Sequence record: NC_041937.1
Origin: Escherichia phage V18
Reading direction: 5' to 3' (one strand)
Length of the DNA: 64,000 nt
A program made the position numbers and the translations under genes. Of this stretch, positions 21,455-31,902 are shown piece after piece; the stretch's first letter is position 1; the number at the start of each line of letters is the position of its first letter. The notes beneath the pieces were generated by a model. It did no database searches. It was not told where the DNA came from and saw only the letters and a list, made by a program, of their open reading frames with translations.

Positions 21455-21688
21455 ATGAAAGTTAAATTTCTTACAGATTTAGGGTACCCTTCCTTGGTTG
21501 ACTGTGTTGGTAAAATTGTGGAAGCAAAACGGCTATCTGCAAACGAGAATGTTGTCCTGGTTAAAGGGAAGGATTTACTAGCTGCAGGTGCAGAGTCTGG
21601 CAGGATCTCTCCTGATTATATGTATTACCTATCTTTAAGTAATCTGCCAGAGCGAGGCGGTAAAGGCCTTGAAGTTGTGGAGGAGTGA
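21455..21688 (+). CDS. small acidic protein, paralog family A (DL[IL]AAGA motif)
   Basis: 77 aa; MKVKFLTD… KDLLAAGAESG …EVVEE. Confidence 0.45.
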   Translation: MKVKFLTDLGYPSLVDCVGKIVEAKRLSANENVVLVKGKDLLAAGAESGRISPDYMYYLSLSNLPERGGKGLEVVEE

Positions 21689-22072
21689 CAGGTATGCTTC
21701 TGATTAACTGGGAAGACCTCTATGGGCCTTTATGGGAAAAGAGCATGTATTTAAAATGGTGCGTTAATTTAGGGAGGCCTTCCAGTGTTTCAAGCCATGT
21801 TTATTGAGATGCTATCTGGGGTATTGTTACTGGTAGCCATCTTAGGTGGTGCAGTTCTGATGTATAACTATCTTGAAAAAGGAGACAGCAATGGTAAAAA
21901 ATAAATCTTTAGAGCAGGCTGAAAACCTTCTCCACGAGCTGGTAAAGGAGTGGAAAGTTGAATACTCAGATTTTAATGCACGAGAGGGTGAAGATTATTG
22001 GCCTACGGAGCGCTCAGAGGGCGAATGGTATCAAGATTTTATAGAGTGGTTATATCAGACGTGCGATGAGGG

Positions 22073-22537
22073 GTGACGATGTTTGTTAAATATGTAAAAA
22101 CGTGCCTCAACAGTCTTGGCAGAGAGCATTGGTACACCTTGCTTGAAAAAGGGGAAATTTTAACAAAATCTGGAAAGATAACTTTTATACATAGTAAAGG
22201 TAAAGACCCGTCACGACTTGTTATAGATGATTACGTTACAGGTGTGACGTTCGAGGTCTCTGTGGAGAGGTTAATACGCAGAGCTGGCGGCCCTTATGAC
22301 CGAAGAGAGTATGTTTTCGATTCCGTTACAGAGATGGGGGAGCATCCGTCTTTAATGTTCAGGATGGTAATCAGAGATATGAGGTCATCTATAGATAGGA
22401 TTGTAAAGGACATTAAGGAACCTTTTAGAGTAAAAGTTAAGAAGTTTTTCGATTCTAAGATTAACATACTCGCCGTTGCACTAGGTGTAGTTCAACTTCT
22501 GTTAATTTTGCACTATTTTGAACTACTATTTAAGTAG
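22073..22537 (+). CDS. hypothetical protein with C-terminal transmembrane segment
   Basis: 154 aa; C-terminal ILAVALGVVQLLLILHYF hydrophobic helix. Confidence 0.35.
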   Translation: MTMFVKYVKTCLNSLGREHWYTLLEKGEILTKSGKITFIHSKGKDPSRLVIDDYVTGVTFEVSVERLIRRAGGPYDRREYVFDSVTEMGEHPSLMFRMVIRDMRSSIDRIVKDIKEPFRVKVKKFFDSKINILAVALGVVQLLLILHYFELLFK

Positions 22538-22599
22538 TAGTTGAGATATGGCACAAAGGATGTGCCATAGTGAAATAAACTAAGAAAGAGGTAGAGAGA

Positions 22600-22947
22600 A
22601 TGCCAAAGATTAAAACGTTATTACTGTGGGTAACTGTTTTAGCTTTTATAGGGTACTGGACTTGGGAAACTGAATTAAAAGATATAGGATATACCAGTCT
22701 TGAGAGCAAGGCGTGCATTGGCATAACCGATGCGTTCAGGCAAAATGCTATGGATCACGAATGTGTTGATGCAGATATAGATGAGAAACTGTCTAAGGAC
22801 AAAGATTTTTACCATGGGCATGCTTTACTTGATAGTGGTGACACTGTAGAGTTCTGGTCGTGGTTTCGTGAAGATGGAACAATAAAAACAGCAGTAAAGA
22901 TCTCTAACAAAGAGTTAATGCTGTTGCAGCAAAAGGAGGCTCAATGA
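22600..22947 (+). CDS. hypothetical protein with N-terminal signal/TM segment
   Basis: 115 aa; LLLWVTVLAFIGYW hydrophobic N-terminus. Confidence 0.35.
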   Translation: MPKIKTLLLWVTVLAFIGYWTWETELKDIGYTSLESKACIGITDAFRQNAMDHECVDADIDEKLSKDKDFYHGHALLDSGDTVEFWSWFREDGTIKTAVKISNKELMLLQQKEAQ

Positions 22948-23484
22948 TCTGGATATCCTATGCTGATGGCACCATGCTGTATACTGCAGGTACCAGATAT
23001 GAAGTTCAGGAGAACGATAAAAAATTTATCGTAAAAACATTTGACAAGGACGACAACCTTTTGCTAGAATTGACTTACAAGGTTGGAGAGGTATCCAATA
23101 TCCAATTGGATTGTGGTCATAAAGATAACCCACTCAAAAAACCTGGAATAGGCAAGGCTTCAGAAGAACGTTTGTCTCGTATTGCAGAAAGCGTTTCTAC
23201 ACAAAAATCTAAGAAGGGGACTAGAAAATGAAAAACTTACGTTTTAACACTGGCGCAATGGAAGAAGCAATATTCTAAACCAGGCGGGAGGGTTTTATGA
23301 AGCACTATTGCCTGTCTGGTAGAATGGGTACAGATTGTGATTGGGTTTTCTTAAAACTTGTCAGCATTCGAGAGTTCATCCCAGAGGAAGAGCAAGAAAG
23401 CGAGCTGATGTCATGGATCAACCATTACGGTAACACTTTTCGGCATGTTAAGGTAGAAGAGTTGCCAAGCGAGGCTGATTGACT

Positions 23485-23574
23485 ATGATTGCATCAATAT
23501 TAACGTTTATGGGTGGCGTGGCATTCGGATTCATTGTTTGCCTGTTTATAGTGATTATGTCTATGCGAGGCTGA
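23485..23574 (+). CDS. 29-aa hydrophobic peptide (putative)
   Basis: ATG at 23485; MIASILTFMGGVAFGFIVCLFIVIMSMRG; fills the gap between 23297..23482 and 23578..23949. Confidence 0.25.
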   Translation: MIASILTFMGGVAFGFIVCLFIVIMSMRG

Positions 23575-23945
23575 ATTATGAAACTTTTTGAGTGGTTTAA
23601 AAAGTTTAAATATAAAGCTGTAGCCATCGTGCCGTGGTCAATTCAGTGGGTTGATGAAGGTGGTCTACCAATACCTGGTGACAAAGATACTGGGTACTGG
23701 ATTATGATGGAGAACGGGTTTGGAAAGCGAAAGTATACGTGCACAAACTCTACTCGATCTGCCACTAACTGGTCTAAATTCTACTGGGGAGCCAACGAGT
23801 GGGGAAGATACGCCACCAAATCAATGGCACTTATTGGTATAGCAGAGTACATTGCAGCCAGAGATAGGGTTGGAGACACTTATTACTATACTGCGGACGA
23901 TATTCGTAACAGTGTTTACGTCCCACAACCACCTGATGGAGACCG

Positions 23946-24173
23946 TTGATGAAAGTTAAAGTTTTAGATTCAAGCTTCTATATTGGTCAGGAGCCCTTAG
24001 TGGGGAAAGTGTTTACTGCTGTCCCTAACGAAGATTACCCCGACCTTTTAAAAATAAAAGGGGCAGATCTTATTGCCGCTGGTGCATCTCATGAATGCTT
24101 TGACAGTCAGTGGACCTACAACTTTGCCCTAGGTGAGGATGTAGAGATAGTGGAGGACGATCATGAAGGTTAA
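23946..24173 (+). CDS. small acidic protein, paralog family A
   Basis: 75 aa; MMKVKVLD… ADLIAAGASHE …VEIVEDD. Confidence 0.45.
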   Translation: MMKVKVLDSSFYIGQEPLVGKVFTAVPNEDYPDLLKIKGADLIAAGASHECFDSQWTYNFALGEDVEIVEDDHEG

Positions 24174-24417
24174 AATTCTTGATTCTAACGTCTACTTGGG
24201 ACAATCCTTCCTGAAGGGAAAGGTAGTTCCTGCGGTATACTTTGAAGGGTTGCCGTGGGATGATCCTGTGCGGCAACATCACAGTTATGTAGGCCACAAC
24301 GTAGTGTTTATCTTAGGATCAGACCTGATCGCTGCTGGTGCACCGGAATATTATTTCGGGGAAGAATCCTATTATGCCTTTGGGGCAGGGTCAGATGCAG
24401 ATATTGTAGAGCTGTGA
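24163..24417 (+). CDS. small acidic protein, paralog family A
   Basis: 84 aa; MKVKILD… SDLIAAGAPEY …DADIVEL. Confidence 0.45.
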   Translation: MKVKILDSNVYLGQSFLKGKVVPAVYFEGLPWDDPVRQHHSYVGHNVVFILGSDLIAAGAPEYYFGEESYYAFGAGSDADIVEL

Positions 24418-24429
24418 TGGGTAACCGTT

Positions 24430-24825
24430 GTGAAAAATAAACTGTTCAAAGTTACAATGAAAATTCGCGGAGCTTGGAGCGTAAAGCAAGGGCGTATCCC
24501 AGAATTTGAGAAAGACTTCTACGTAGTCTCCACCTCGGAGGAGGCTGCATGCTGGCAGGCTGGCTATGCCTATGCAAGAACCTGGTACGAAGGATACCAG
24601 ACTGGGGGCTATGACGGAGAAATTATCAGCAAGGGTGTGGAAGAAATTAATGTGTTGACAAGTAAAAATTTTGTTATAGTGCATCCAGATTCCAGAGTGA
24701 AGCATTACTGGAATGCCAGAACAAAAACTTGGACACCGTTTGCAGATTCTGCTACACCACTTTTAAACCAAAAAGCTCTTGACTCTGCCCCGAGCTACGG
24801 GGTTGTTGAAGAAAAGCTAGACTGA
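24430..24825 (+). CDS. 131-aa protein, paralog family B
   Basis: …VIVHPDSRVKHYWNARTKTWTP…; paralog of 26635..27030. Confidence 0.45.
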   Translation: MKNKLFKVTMKIRGAWSVKQGRIPEFEKDFYVVSTSEEAACWQAGYAYARTWYEGYQTGGYDGEIISKGVEEINVLTSKNFVIVHPDSRVKHYWNARTKTWTPFADSATPLLNQKALDSAPSYGVVEEKLD

Positions 24826-25139
24826 AACAGTGAGGTGCCACTATGATGGATTTAGTTCTGAATATTGATAACGCAGGGGAGTTTAAAGACGATGGTGTAA
24901 CAAGCATTGACCAACCATGCTCTGCCAAGATTGACTCAAAATGGGCCTACAAGTTTGACGGAGAGATCTTCGCAAATGATGAGAAGGTTGTAGATGCTGC
25001 AGCCATTTTGAACGCTCTAGGGTACGACCCTGTGAATTCTTTGATCAAGGATCCTGTTGAGTTTGCAGAGTATGTTCGAAAAATGGCAGATCTTGCTGTA
25101 GATATTTTAGATACTATCGATAATAAGCTGTAAAAACTG

Positions 25140-25168
25140 TTGACACAACGCTTCAGATTTAGTATCAT
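25140..25168 (+). promoter_or_regulatory. sigma70-like promoter
   Basis: TTGACA 25140-25145, 17 bp spacer, TATCAT 25163-25168. Confidence 0.4.
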
Positions 25169-25217
25169 TGTTTTCAAAGAGAGATAGTTATTCCCTCTTC
25201 CTTAAAAGGAACACGTT

Positions 25218-25538
25218 ATGCAAATTGAAATCACTGGCAACAATGTAGAAATCACAGAAGGTATGGTATCTTTTATTTCCCGCAAAATGTCCAAGCTGGA
25301 GCGTTTACATCCCTCTGTCAACTATGCACGTGTGAGTGTAAAAGTTGAAAATGATCACCAGGAAGTTATGGCGTTCATTTTTGACAATTCTGGAAAAGAA
25401 GTTATTGCCAAAGCTAAAGGCAGTGATGCTTACGAGGCAACTGACCGTATGGTAGATGTTGCAGCACGTCAGCTGGCTAAATGCGGTGGAAAGAAAGGTA
25501 AGGGGAAAGGCAAAGTAAAGATTGACTTTGGAGAATGA
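25218..25538 (+). CDS. hypothetical protein with lysine/glycine-rich C-terminus
   Basis: 106 aa; MQIEITGNN…; C-terminal GGKKGKGKGKVK. Confidence 0.35.
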   Translation: MQIEITGNNVEITEGMVSFISRKMSKLERLHPSVNYARVSVKVENDHQEVMAFIFDNSGKEVIAKAKGSDAYEATDRMVDVAARQLAKCGGKKGKGKGKVKIDFGE

Positions 25539-25675
25539 GGTGCTACAATGGGTGTGATTAAGAAATTAGTCACAAATGTAGAGATTGCATGCTTTGAAAT
25601 TATGTTTGCAATCGCAGTTGTAGTTAATGTGTTAGGTTACGGCTATTAATATCAAATAATTGAGGAGACCTCTAA

Positions 25676-25945
25676 ATGAAAATTAAATTATTCAAAACTG
25701 AGCTGGCAGACAAAAACTGTGGACTGGTTGAAGGCATGATTGTTGAAGCACAACCAGTGGACTATATGAAGGTGGTTCGTGATGCCCTAGGTGAAGGTTT
25801 TGATCTGATGGAGCCAGCTCTGCGAGAAGATGTTATCGAGATGGCTAAAAAGCACACACCTGAAGGTTTGGTGGTGTTTGTTGCACCGGGTAACGGAGAA
25901 GAGTTGATTGTAACTCCGGATGTGTATGAGATTGTAGAGGAATAA
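25676..25945 (+). CDS. small acidic protein (family A-like architecture)
   Basis: 89 aa; MKIKLFKTE… ending YEIVEE. Confidence 0.4.
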   Translation: MKIKLFKTELADKNCGLVEGMIVEAQPVDYMKVVRDALGEGFDLMEPALREDVIEMAKKHTPEGLVVFVAPGNGEELIVTPDVYEIVEE

Positions 25946-26276
25946 TCCTGCTTGGATTAGCATACTTCCTCGATAAGGAAGATTTGTAATTATTTGTGGG
26001 AAAGGAATCCCAATCTCTTACCAGAGGTGATACTATATGATTGTTTATTTTAAAACTTCAGGTGGATACCCTGATTCTCAAAGCTTGATCGGAAAAACGT
26101 GCACAGCATACTCACCTCTTGATGAGGAGGTAAGCGATATTCTACGAAATATGTATCGGATTGACCCCCAAGAAGCTTTGATCAAAACCTTGTATTTGTC
26201 AAGGGCTCAGATATGAAGTCTTTGGGAGCATTCCCTGAAGCAGATGATGATGCCGTTTATTCGTTCATGACTCCTT

Positions 26277-26636
26277 TTGAAGCTATGGTTGTTGGGTGAT
26301 AATATGAAAGTACGCTTTATTGGTGAAACAATTCCTGTGCATCTCCGGTCTCCTGAGGATTCTGCAGATCTTGCATCTCAAAAGGCGAGAGGTTATGATA
26401 AGAAAGTAACCTCAACCGATGTAGTGCTTGAGGCTACTAGCTACCTGACCCTGCTGCATTCTTTAATCATTATGGGTACTATTTCAGCAACCTGATGAAT
26501 ATCGGTGAGCTTGTATTTATTAGTGGTGGAGAAATTGTTAGCAAGCTCGGTGGCGATCCAGATGTCTTTCATGAAACCTGTCCTTTTGCATTTGTGGTAG
26601 GTTCAGATGTGGAAGTTATTGAGGAGGTGCGGTAAT
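26277..26636 (+). CDS. family A paralog, apparently frame-disrupted
   Basis: N-terminus MKVRFIGE… in ORF 26277..26495; C-terminal half LVFISGGEIVSKLGGDPDVF…VVGSDVEVIEE in a small ORF 26496..26636 in another frame; mirrors 24163..24417. Confidence 0.35.
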
Positions 26637-27030
26637 GGTAAGCCTATACCGTGTCGAGTATAGCTCGGATACTGTATACAACGTAAGAAGCAAAGATCGC
26701 AGCGACAGAGTGCAAGAAATGTATGTTCTTGCCGACAGTCCGTTATCTGCAGCGTTCAAGGCAGGGGCTCTTGCATCTCGTTGGAAATTTGAAGGTGGAT
26801 CTTTCTATGAAGAAACCCTTGAAGATTCTGTTGTTATTTCTTCTGTAGAGGTTTCAGATGACTACGAAGGGAAAAAGTTCGTAATGCGGCACCCACACAG
26901 CAATATTGCGTACTACTGGGACGTTCTGAACAACGAGTGGACCCCAGATCTTCAGAAGGCTACTGTGCTAACACCGTTTTTGGCAGATAAGTTCCCACCA
27001 GAAGGTAATTTATCTGCACTGTTTCAGTAA
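26635..27030 (+). CDS. 131-aa protein, paralog family B
   Basis: …VMRHPHSNIAYYWDVLNNEWTP…; paralog of 24430..24825, same length. Confidence 0.45.
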   Translation: MVSLYRVEYSSDTVYNVRSKDRSDRVQEMYVLADSPLSAAFKAGALASRWKFEGGSFYEETLEDSVVISSVEVSDDYEGKKFVMRHPHSNIAYYWDVLNNEWTPDLQKATVLTPFLADKFPPEGNLSALFQ

Positions 27031-27048
27031 TTTTCTTGCACACAGGTG

Positions 27049-27077
27049 TTGACAACGCCAACCCTGTGTGAAATAAT
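27049..27077 (+). promoter_or_regulatory. sigma70-like promoter flanked by inverted repeat
   Basis: TTGACA 27049-27054, 17 bp spacer, AATAAT 27072-27077; CACAGG…CCTGTG inverted repeat brackets the -35 element. Confidence 0.35.
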
Positions 27078-27106
27078 ACCTTCATCTTAACAAGACAGGA
27101 GACCGA

Positions 27107-27367
27107 TTGATGAAGATTAAATTGAAAAACCTTGAAACGGCAGAGATTCAGGACGGTGTTGATTTCCGTTCTAAAGATGGTGACATCTTAGAGGTAAATA
27201 TTCCAACCTACGATCTGATCAAAGGTTTTGGCAACGTCCCCGAGGAAGGTATCGCAGACGTTCTTCTAATGTTAATCGTTAGTGGGACAGTGTTCTTGGG
27301 TGAAGGTGAGAACGCTATTGCAATCCCAAGCCATTTTTATGAAGTAGTTGACGAAGAGGTGCTGTAA
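27107..27367 (+). CDS. small acidic protein
   Basis: 86 aa; MMKIKLKN… ending YEVVDEEVL. Confidence 0.4.
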   Translation: MMKIKLKNLETAEIQDGVDFRSKDGDILEVNIPTYDLIKGFGNVPEEGIADVLLMLIVSGTVFLGEGENAIAIPSHFYEVVDEEVL

Positions 27368-27718
27368 ATGAAAGTAGAAATTACTGGTTTTGATGTGAAT
27401 GCGGTTCCGGAAGATATTTTAGCTAAACTTCCGGAAGGTTTTGGTAACGGTGTTGTGGTGGATGCTGTTCCTCCTACCAAAGACATTCTGCTGCAGTATG
27501 GTGTAGCAGAGGAAGATGTCGATAAAGTTCTTACAATGATGGCAATCGATCGTGTTGTCGTTGTTAAAGGTCTCGATAATTTTGAGAGTGATCCCCTGAT
27601 TATTCGTGGAGATGACTACAAAATCATCGATAATGAAGGCCAAGAGTTCTATGAACCTTGTGCAGAAGATATTCTTAACTTATTACTGGAAGCAGGCACC
27701 GAAGAGGAGGACGAATAA
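27368..27718 (+). CDS. small acidic protein
   Basis: 116 aa; MKVEITGF…; acidic C-terminus GTEEEDE. Confidence 0.4.
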   Translation: MKVEITGFDVNAVPEDILAKLPEGFGNGVVVDAVPPTKDILLQYGVAEEDVDKVLTMMAIDRVVVVKGLDNFESDPLIIRGDDYKIIDNEGQEFYEPCAEDILNLLLEAGTEEEDE

Positions 27719-28047
27719 TGAAGATTGACCCGTTACTGAAGGCTCGTGCAGAAAAAGCGTACACCATTAAGCTGACCACCCTGGTTCCTGCTTGTCATCC
27801 GGATGTAGGTTGGCCCGAAGGTCTGGTAGAGGGGACTGTAACAGCCGCATACCTTCCTAACATCAAATACCTTATGGAAATCTTAGAGATGGATGAGGAA
27901 ACTGCAGAACAGTTCCAGTTGGATATGAAACAAAGTGGGACTTTGGTTATTCACGGGTGGTATAATACTAAAGATGCAGAAGACCCTCTGGTAACTTCTA
28001 ATCTGGCATATGAAATCTTAGGGCCTTTGAACCTGGGGGAAGACTAA
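27718..28047 (+). CDS. hypothetical protein
   Basis: 109-aa ORF, start overlaps the preceding stop (ATGA). Confidence 0.35.
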   Translation: MKIDPLLKARAEKAYTIKLTTLVPACHPDVGWPEGLVEGTVTAAYLPNIKYLMEILEMDEETAEQFQLDMKQSGTLVIHGWYNTKDAEDPLVTSNLAYEILGPLNLGED

Positions 28048-28334
28048 TGAAAGATCTGGTTAAGATTAAGATTAAAGATACCAATGGAGAACTCAGCCAT
28101 TTTGGAATTAATGATGGTGACGAGCTGATCGCACACTTGCCTACCAAGGAAGTTGTAAGCAAAGCGGTTGCCGGAGAAGAAGCTGCAATGCAGGCTGCAG
28201 GTGTGGATGAAAACTATGTAGCCATGTGCATGTGCCGAGATCAGGTTGTTCTGTATAAAGCGTATCGACCAAACGGAGCCACGGAGTGGCTTGTATTCCG
28301 ACCTGAAGGATATGAAATCTTAGAGGCACTATGA
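28047..28334 (+). CDS. hypothetical protein
   Basis: 95-aa ORF, start overlaps the preceding stop. Confidence 0.35.
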   Translation: MKDLVKIKIKDTNGELSHFGINDGDELIAHLPTKEVVSKAVAGEEAAMQAAGVDENYVAMCMCRDQVVLYKAYRPNGATEWLVFRPEGYEILEAL

Positions 28335-28714
28335 TAAATCTTGCCAAGGTTGCAATGGTCCTGCTAATTATTTGCTGGTCAGTAACCTTAACACTGTGTC
28401 TTGTATTTCAGTAAGGTGCTTATATGAACATCCTGATGTGGGTTGTAGCAGTGGCGTTTGTTGCATGTTTTTGCTGCTGGGTTGCGGTGAGGATTTCTGT
28501 AGCTACCTTCGGAAGTTGGGGTTCTCAGAGTGGGATATTAATATCCTTTCTTTTCGCAATGAAACAATCTCAGCCGCCCTGCTCTGTAAGAAATTCAAGT
28601 GGGAACCTTGTGAGGTCATGAACTATCTAAGAACGGGGGATATCCCTGAAAGATTTAAAAAAGTTCTTGACGGCAAGGATAAATGATAGTATAGTGACTA
28701 ACAAGAGGTGAGGA

Positions 28715-28855
28715 ATGACTGATTTTACTGAAGCTTTGATGATGGCCTTGTCTGTTTTAGCGCTATCGGTATGTTTTGGGGCGTTATTCACATCTCTGGT
28801 TAAAGTTTTACATACAGTATTATTACCCAAGGAGCGCAGTAATGACGAAGATTGA
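28715..28855 (+). CDS. 46-aa membrane peptide (putative)
   Basis: ATG 28715; MTDFTEALMMALSVLALSVCFGALFTSLVKVL…; overlaps the start of the next gene. Confidence 0.25.
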   Translation: MTDFTEALMMALSVLALSVCFGALFTSLVKVLHTVLLPKERSNDED

Positions 28856-29093
28856 CTTGAATGCTGGCGACCATGTTGTTGTCAAATGCATCGGAGATTA
28901 TCTTGGATTCACAATCGGCAATACTTACGAGGCGGTAGTGTCGAAGGTTTATCATGATAAAGTCCTCAGTCTTGTATTTGACTGCGATGATGATGGGGAT
29001 GACCGATACGTCTGTGAGGTGCTGGCACGAGACGATAGTGAAGACCAGAAATTCCTGGTTATTGAACTGAACGGTATTTTTGTAGAACGTTAA
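28842..29093 (+). CDS. hypothetical acidic protein
   Basis: MTKIDLNAGD… preceded by AAGGAG at 28829-28834; within ORF-track entry 28776..29093. Confidence 0.4.
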   Translation: MTKIDLNAGDHVVVKCIGDYLGFTIGNTYEAVVSKVYHDKVLSLVFDCDDDGDDRYVCEVLARDDSEDQKFLVIELNGIFVER

Positions 29094-29121
29094 TTTAAAA
29101 CAACATAAGGAGACTCTTACT

Positions 29122-29427
29122 ATGGCTAAATCTAAAGTTGAACTGTTCACCTCTCTTCCTTCTGACACTGCAGAACGTGATCGCCTTCGCAAAACAATCG
29201 AAGAACTGGTGGAACTCCAGCTTCAGATTAAAGACCTGAAAGATGCCATCAAGGATATCATTCTCGTTGAGAAGCAGGATCATCTATATTCTCCTAAATT
29301 CATCAAATCTCTGGTGGCTACAGAGTTTGATATCCGCTACGAAGCTGAAAAACGTCGCGCTAAGATTGAAGAAGAGGTTGAGCACATGTCTGAGGCAGAC
29401 ATTCTGTTCAAACGCTCTGTAGAATAA
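29122..29427 (+). CDS. hypothetical protein, predicted helical/coiled
   Basis: 101 aa; charged heptad-like sequence; followed by terminator. Confidence 0.4.
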   Translation: MAKSKVELFTSLPSDTAERDRLRKTIEELVELQLQIKDLKDAIKDIILVEKQDHLYSPKFIKSLVATEFDIRYEAEKRRAKIEEEVEHMSEADILFKRSVE

Positions 29428-29433
29428 TGACAA

Positions 29434-29460
29434 AAAGAGGGGCCCAAGCCCCTCTTTTTA
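29434..29460 (+). terminator. rho-independent terminator
   Basis: AGAGGGG-cccaag-CCCCTCT followed by TTTTT. Confidence 0.55.
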
Positions 29461-29482
29461 CTATCTATGAAGGAGATTTGAG

Positions 29483-29809
29483 ATGGGTATACCGATCACT
29501 GTAAAAGAATTGAATGAACGTGATGCAGGCGGTCTATGGCCTGCACGAAAAATACGCTGCGTCTATATGAAAGAGAATCTTGAACATCTTGATCAACAGA
29601 TAAAGGTCGGCGATATTTTCGAGGTCTTCTATTCCAATCGGCGCAACTGGGAAACCATTCAGCCTTCTGGTTTTGTTCTTGCCAAACTTGACACTGGAGA
29701 AGTGATTATCCCTGGGTTGGATATTGTCTTCGAAATTATCCAGGAGTGGGATCCGGATAAGATTAGATACGAAGAACTATTCGGTAAAGGTATTATCAAA
29801 CCTGTGTGA
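29483..29809 (+). CDS. hypothetical protein
   Basis: 108-aa ORF. Confidence 0.35.
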   Translation: MGIPITVKELNERDAGGLWPARKIRCVYMKENLEHLDQQIKVGDIFEVFYSNRRNWETIQPSGFVLAKLDTGEVIIPGLDIVFEIIQEWDPDKIRYEELFGKGIIKPV

Positions 29810-30796
29810 GGTGGATTATGTCTACAAAGGCGGCTAAATACTCTTACATGCCATCAACCTCTGCAGAGGTAGACTTTAGTTTCGATGTGTTTCCACTGTT
29901 TGAGGTGGTTCTGGCATACCCAACAATACTATCTACTCCTGAATCACTTGTGCCTGTTAAGTTGCAGAACGCTATGCATTCTATGCACTACAACAATAAA
30001 TGTAGGCACAGATGGTGTCAAGACGAGGAAAAAGATTTGGATAGTTTGAGGGATTTTGACAGTCACCTTTTGACACCTTTCAGCTACTCCAACCTTGATA
30101 AGCCTCATGGGTATAGCAAAATATCAAATTTAAGACACCTAGGACGCTCTGTGGCGTCCTTTTCTTTATCTGGTGCACGATTGCATACCTTGGACAGATA
30201 ATCCCGTTACAGAGCGTTTAAGAGCTTCCTACAAACAAATCTCTCTTTCGAGCGTAGCGAGAACGCACGTCCGTTTTGACCCAAATCACCATACGCTCGG
30301 ATTTTAACCAAACCCTCGCGGCGTTTCTGTTGACACATTACCGCTACCGTGATAGTATCCACACAGTTTGGAGAATATGGAATACACAATGAGAACATTG
30401 TCTGAAGTTTTAGTGGTGATCCTGATGATCATTACGTCTATAGCGGCTGTTGCCGGAATACTCACGGGTGGAACATGATCAACACACATGCATCTGAAGG
30501 AGTGACGACATGTAGCCTGGATGAGCCAGTTAAAGAGGAAAACTTAGATTCTGATGACTCTTCATCTTCGTCCCAGACAGATCCTGAGGCTGATGACCTA
30601 ACGTGGGAAGACATCGTAGACATCTGGTTCTCTATTATGCCTGAGCACGAAGAGTTCAGAGGTGGTAGACTATGAAGCACCGAGCCCACACAGATTCCTC
30701 ATGCTAAAGCATGGCCTGAAGAGGCAAACGTGCATAATTCCAGCGTATTGGAACGTATAAAACCCTGTTCACACTCTCATTTCCAGAGGAGATTTC

Positions 30797-31012
30797 ATGA
30801 AGATAGAAATATTTGGTGGAGCTGACAACACTCGTGGCCTGATTTACCTTGAATTTGATGAATCATACCTGCCAGAGGTGTTAAATATAGACTCTGTTGC
30901 TGAGGCTTTGGGAGTAAACCCTAAAGAACTCCACTCTTGTGCTGAGATCGATGGTTGGGAAGAGACCATGAACATTGATTTCAGTGAAGTGGAGGATGAA
31001 CCGCTAGACTGA
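30797..31012 (+). CDS. small acidic protein, last gene of the plus-strand arm
   Basis: 71 aa; MKIEIFGG…; acidic C-terminus. Confidence 0.4.
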   Translation: MKIEIFGGADNTRGLIYLEFDESYLPEVLNIDSVAEALGVNPKELHSCAEIDGWEETMNIDFSEVEDEPLD

Positions 31013-31362
31013 CGCACAATTAGCTGCCCGGCTAAAGTGCTGGAAGCACCTATAACACATCTTTCAACTAAATTTCCTACCACCACAATCACTTACCTCC
31101 CGCACATGACTGTTTGCTTGTTTAGTGAGCAGTCATGCCTTGACATTCTTGCCTATCCTGATAAAATTAAGTTCTTCTCTTTTCTTTTACCGAGTAATTC
31201 GGGTTTTCTGTTCTCTTCGGTTTGAAGGGGTATGGAGATACACCTGAGTGAACAGGGTGAACAACCGAACCATTAGCTATGGCATTAGCATGGCGAAGCG
31301 GACGGGTGACGAAAGAGGGGCCGGAGGACACCAGTCACTGCCATATGATATATGGGTGATAA

Positions 31363-31902
31363 CCTGAAGAGTCTGAATAAGTGTTTAAGTACCAGTCAGA
31401 GGAAAAGGTGAATGGTAGCCGAAGGGGGGAGGGGGGTTTCTTGTATCTTTAATTTGTATATTATGTATACACTTGTAAACCAATCTAATCTGAATCTGTT
31501 TACCACACAAAGCGGATAGAGACAAATATTGCCTATTAAACTTGAATTATTTATAGAAAATACCACAACACCCCTTAAGTCTTTGATTTACACACAAATC
31601 CTACAGATATTCAACCTCCATATTTAACATACTTGTAACATATTCCATACTCTACCTGTCTGATCAATTTCCCAACTACATTCTCATATTTTCCCTGTCT
31701 GTACTACCCCTGCCCCGCCGGGAGTCCCGTCATATCTGGCTTTCCAGCAAATATCACACCCACAAATATCATTGCCTGAAGAGGGTTTCATCCCATAATA
31801 CCTGCCTTACCTGAAGAGCGCTTCATACACCACGTAAATTTTTTAATTGACCTCCCCCTGCCCCTCCGGAGAGGTTGGCTTTTCCCACACAGACCTGAAG
31901 AG
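31363..31902. repeat. dispersed CCTGAAGAG repeat family in the inter-arm non-coding region
   Basis: Exact 9-mer at 31363-31371, 31775-31783, 31810-31818, 31894-31902; also CCCTGCCCCGCCGGGAG (about 31708) and CCCTGCCCCTCCGGAGAG (about 31853). Confidence 0.5.

Noticed and set aside
31421-31440. G-quadruplex at the G6AG6 tract
   Set aside because: Only two G-runs are present, so an intramolecular four-run quadruplex cannot form; noted only as a homopolymer-rich site.
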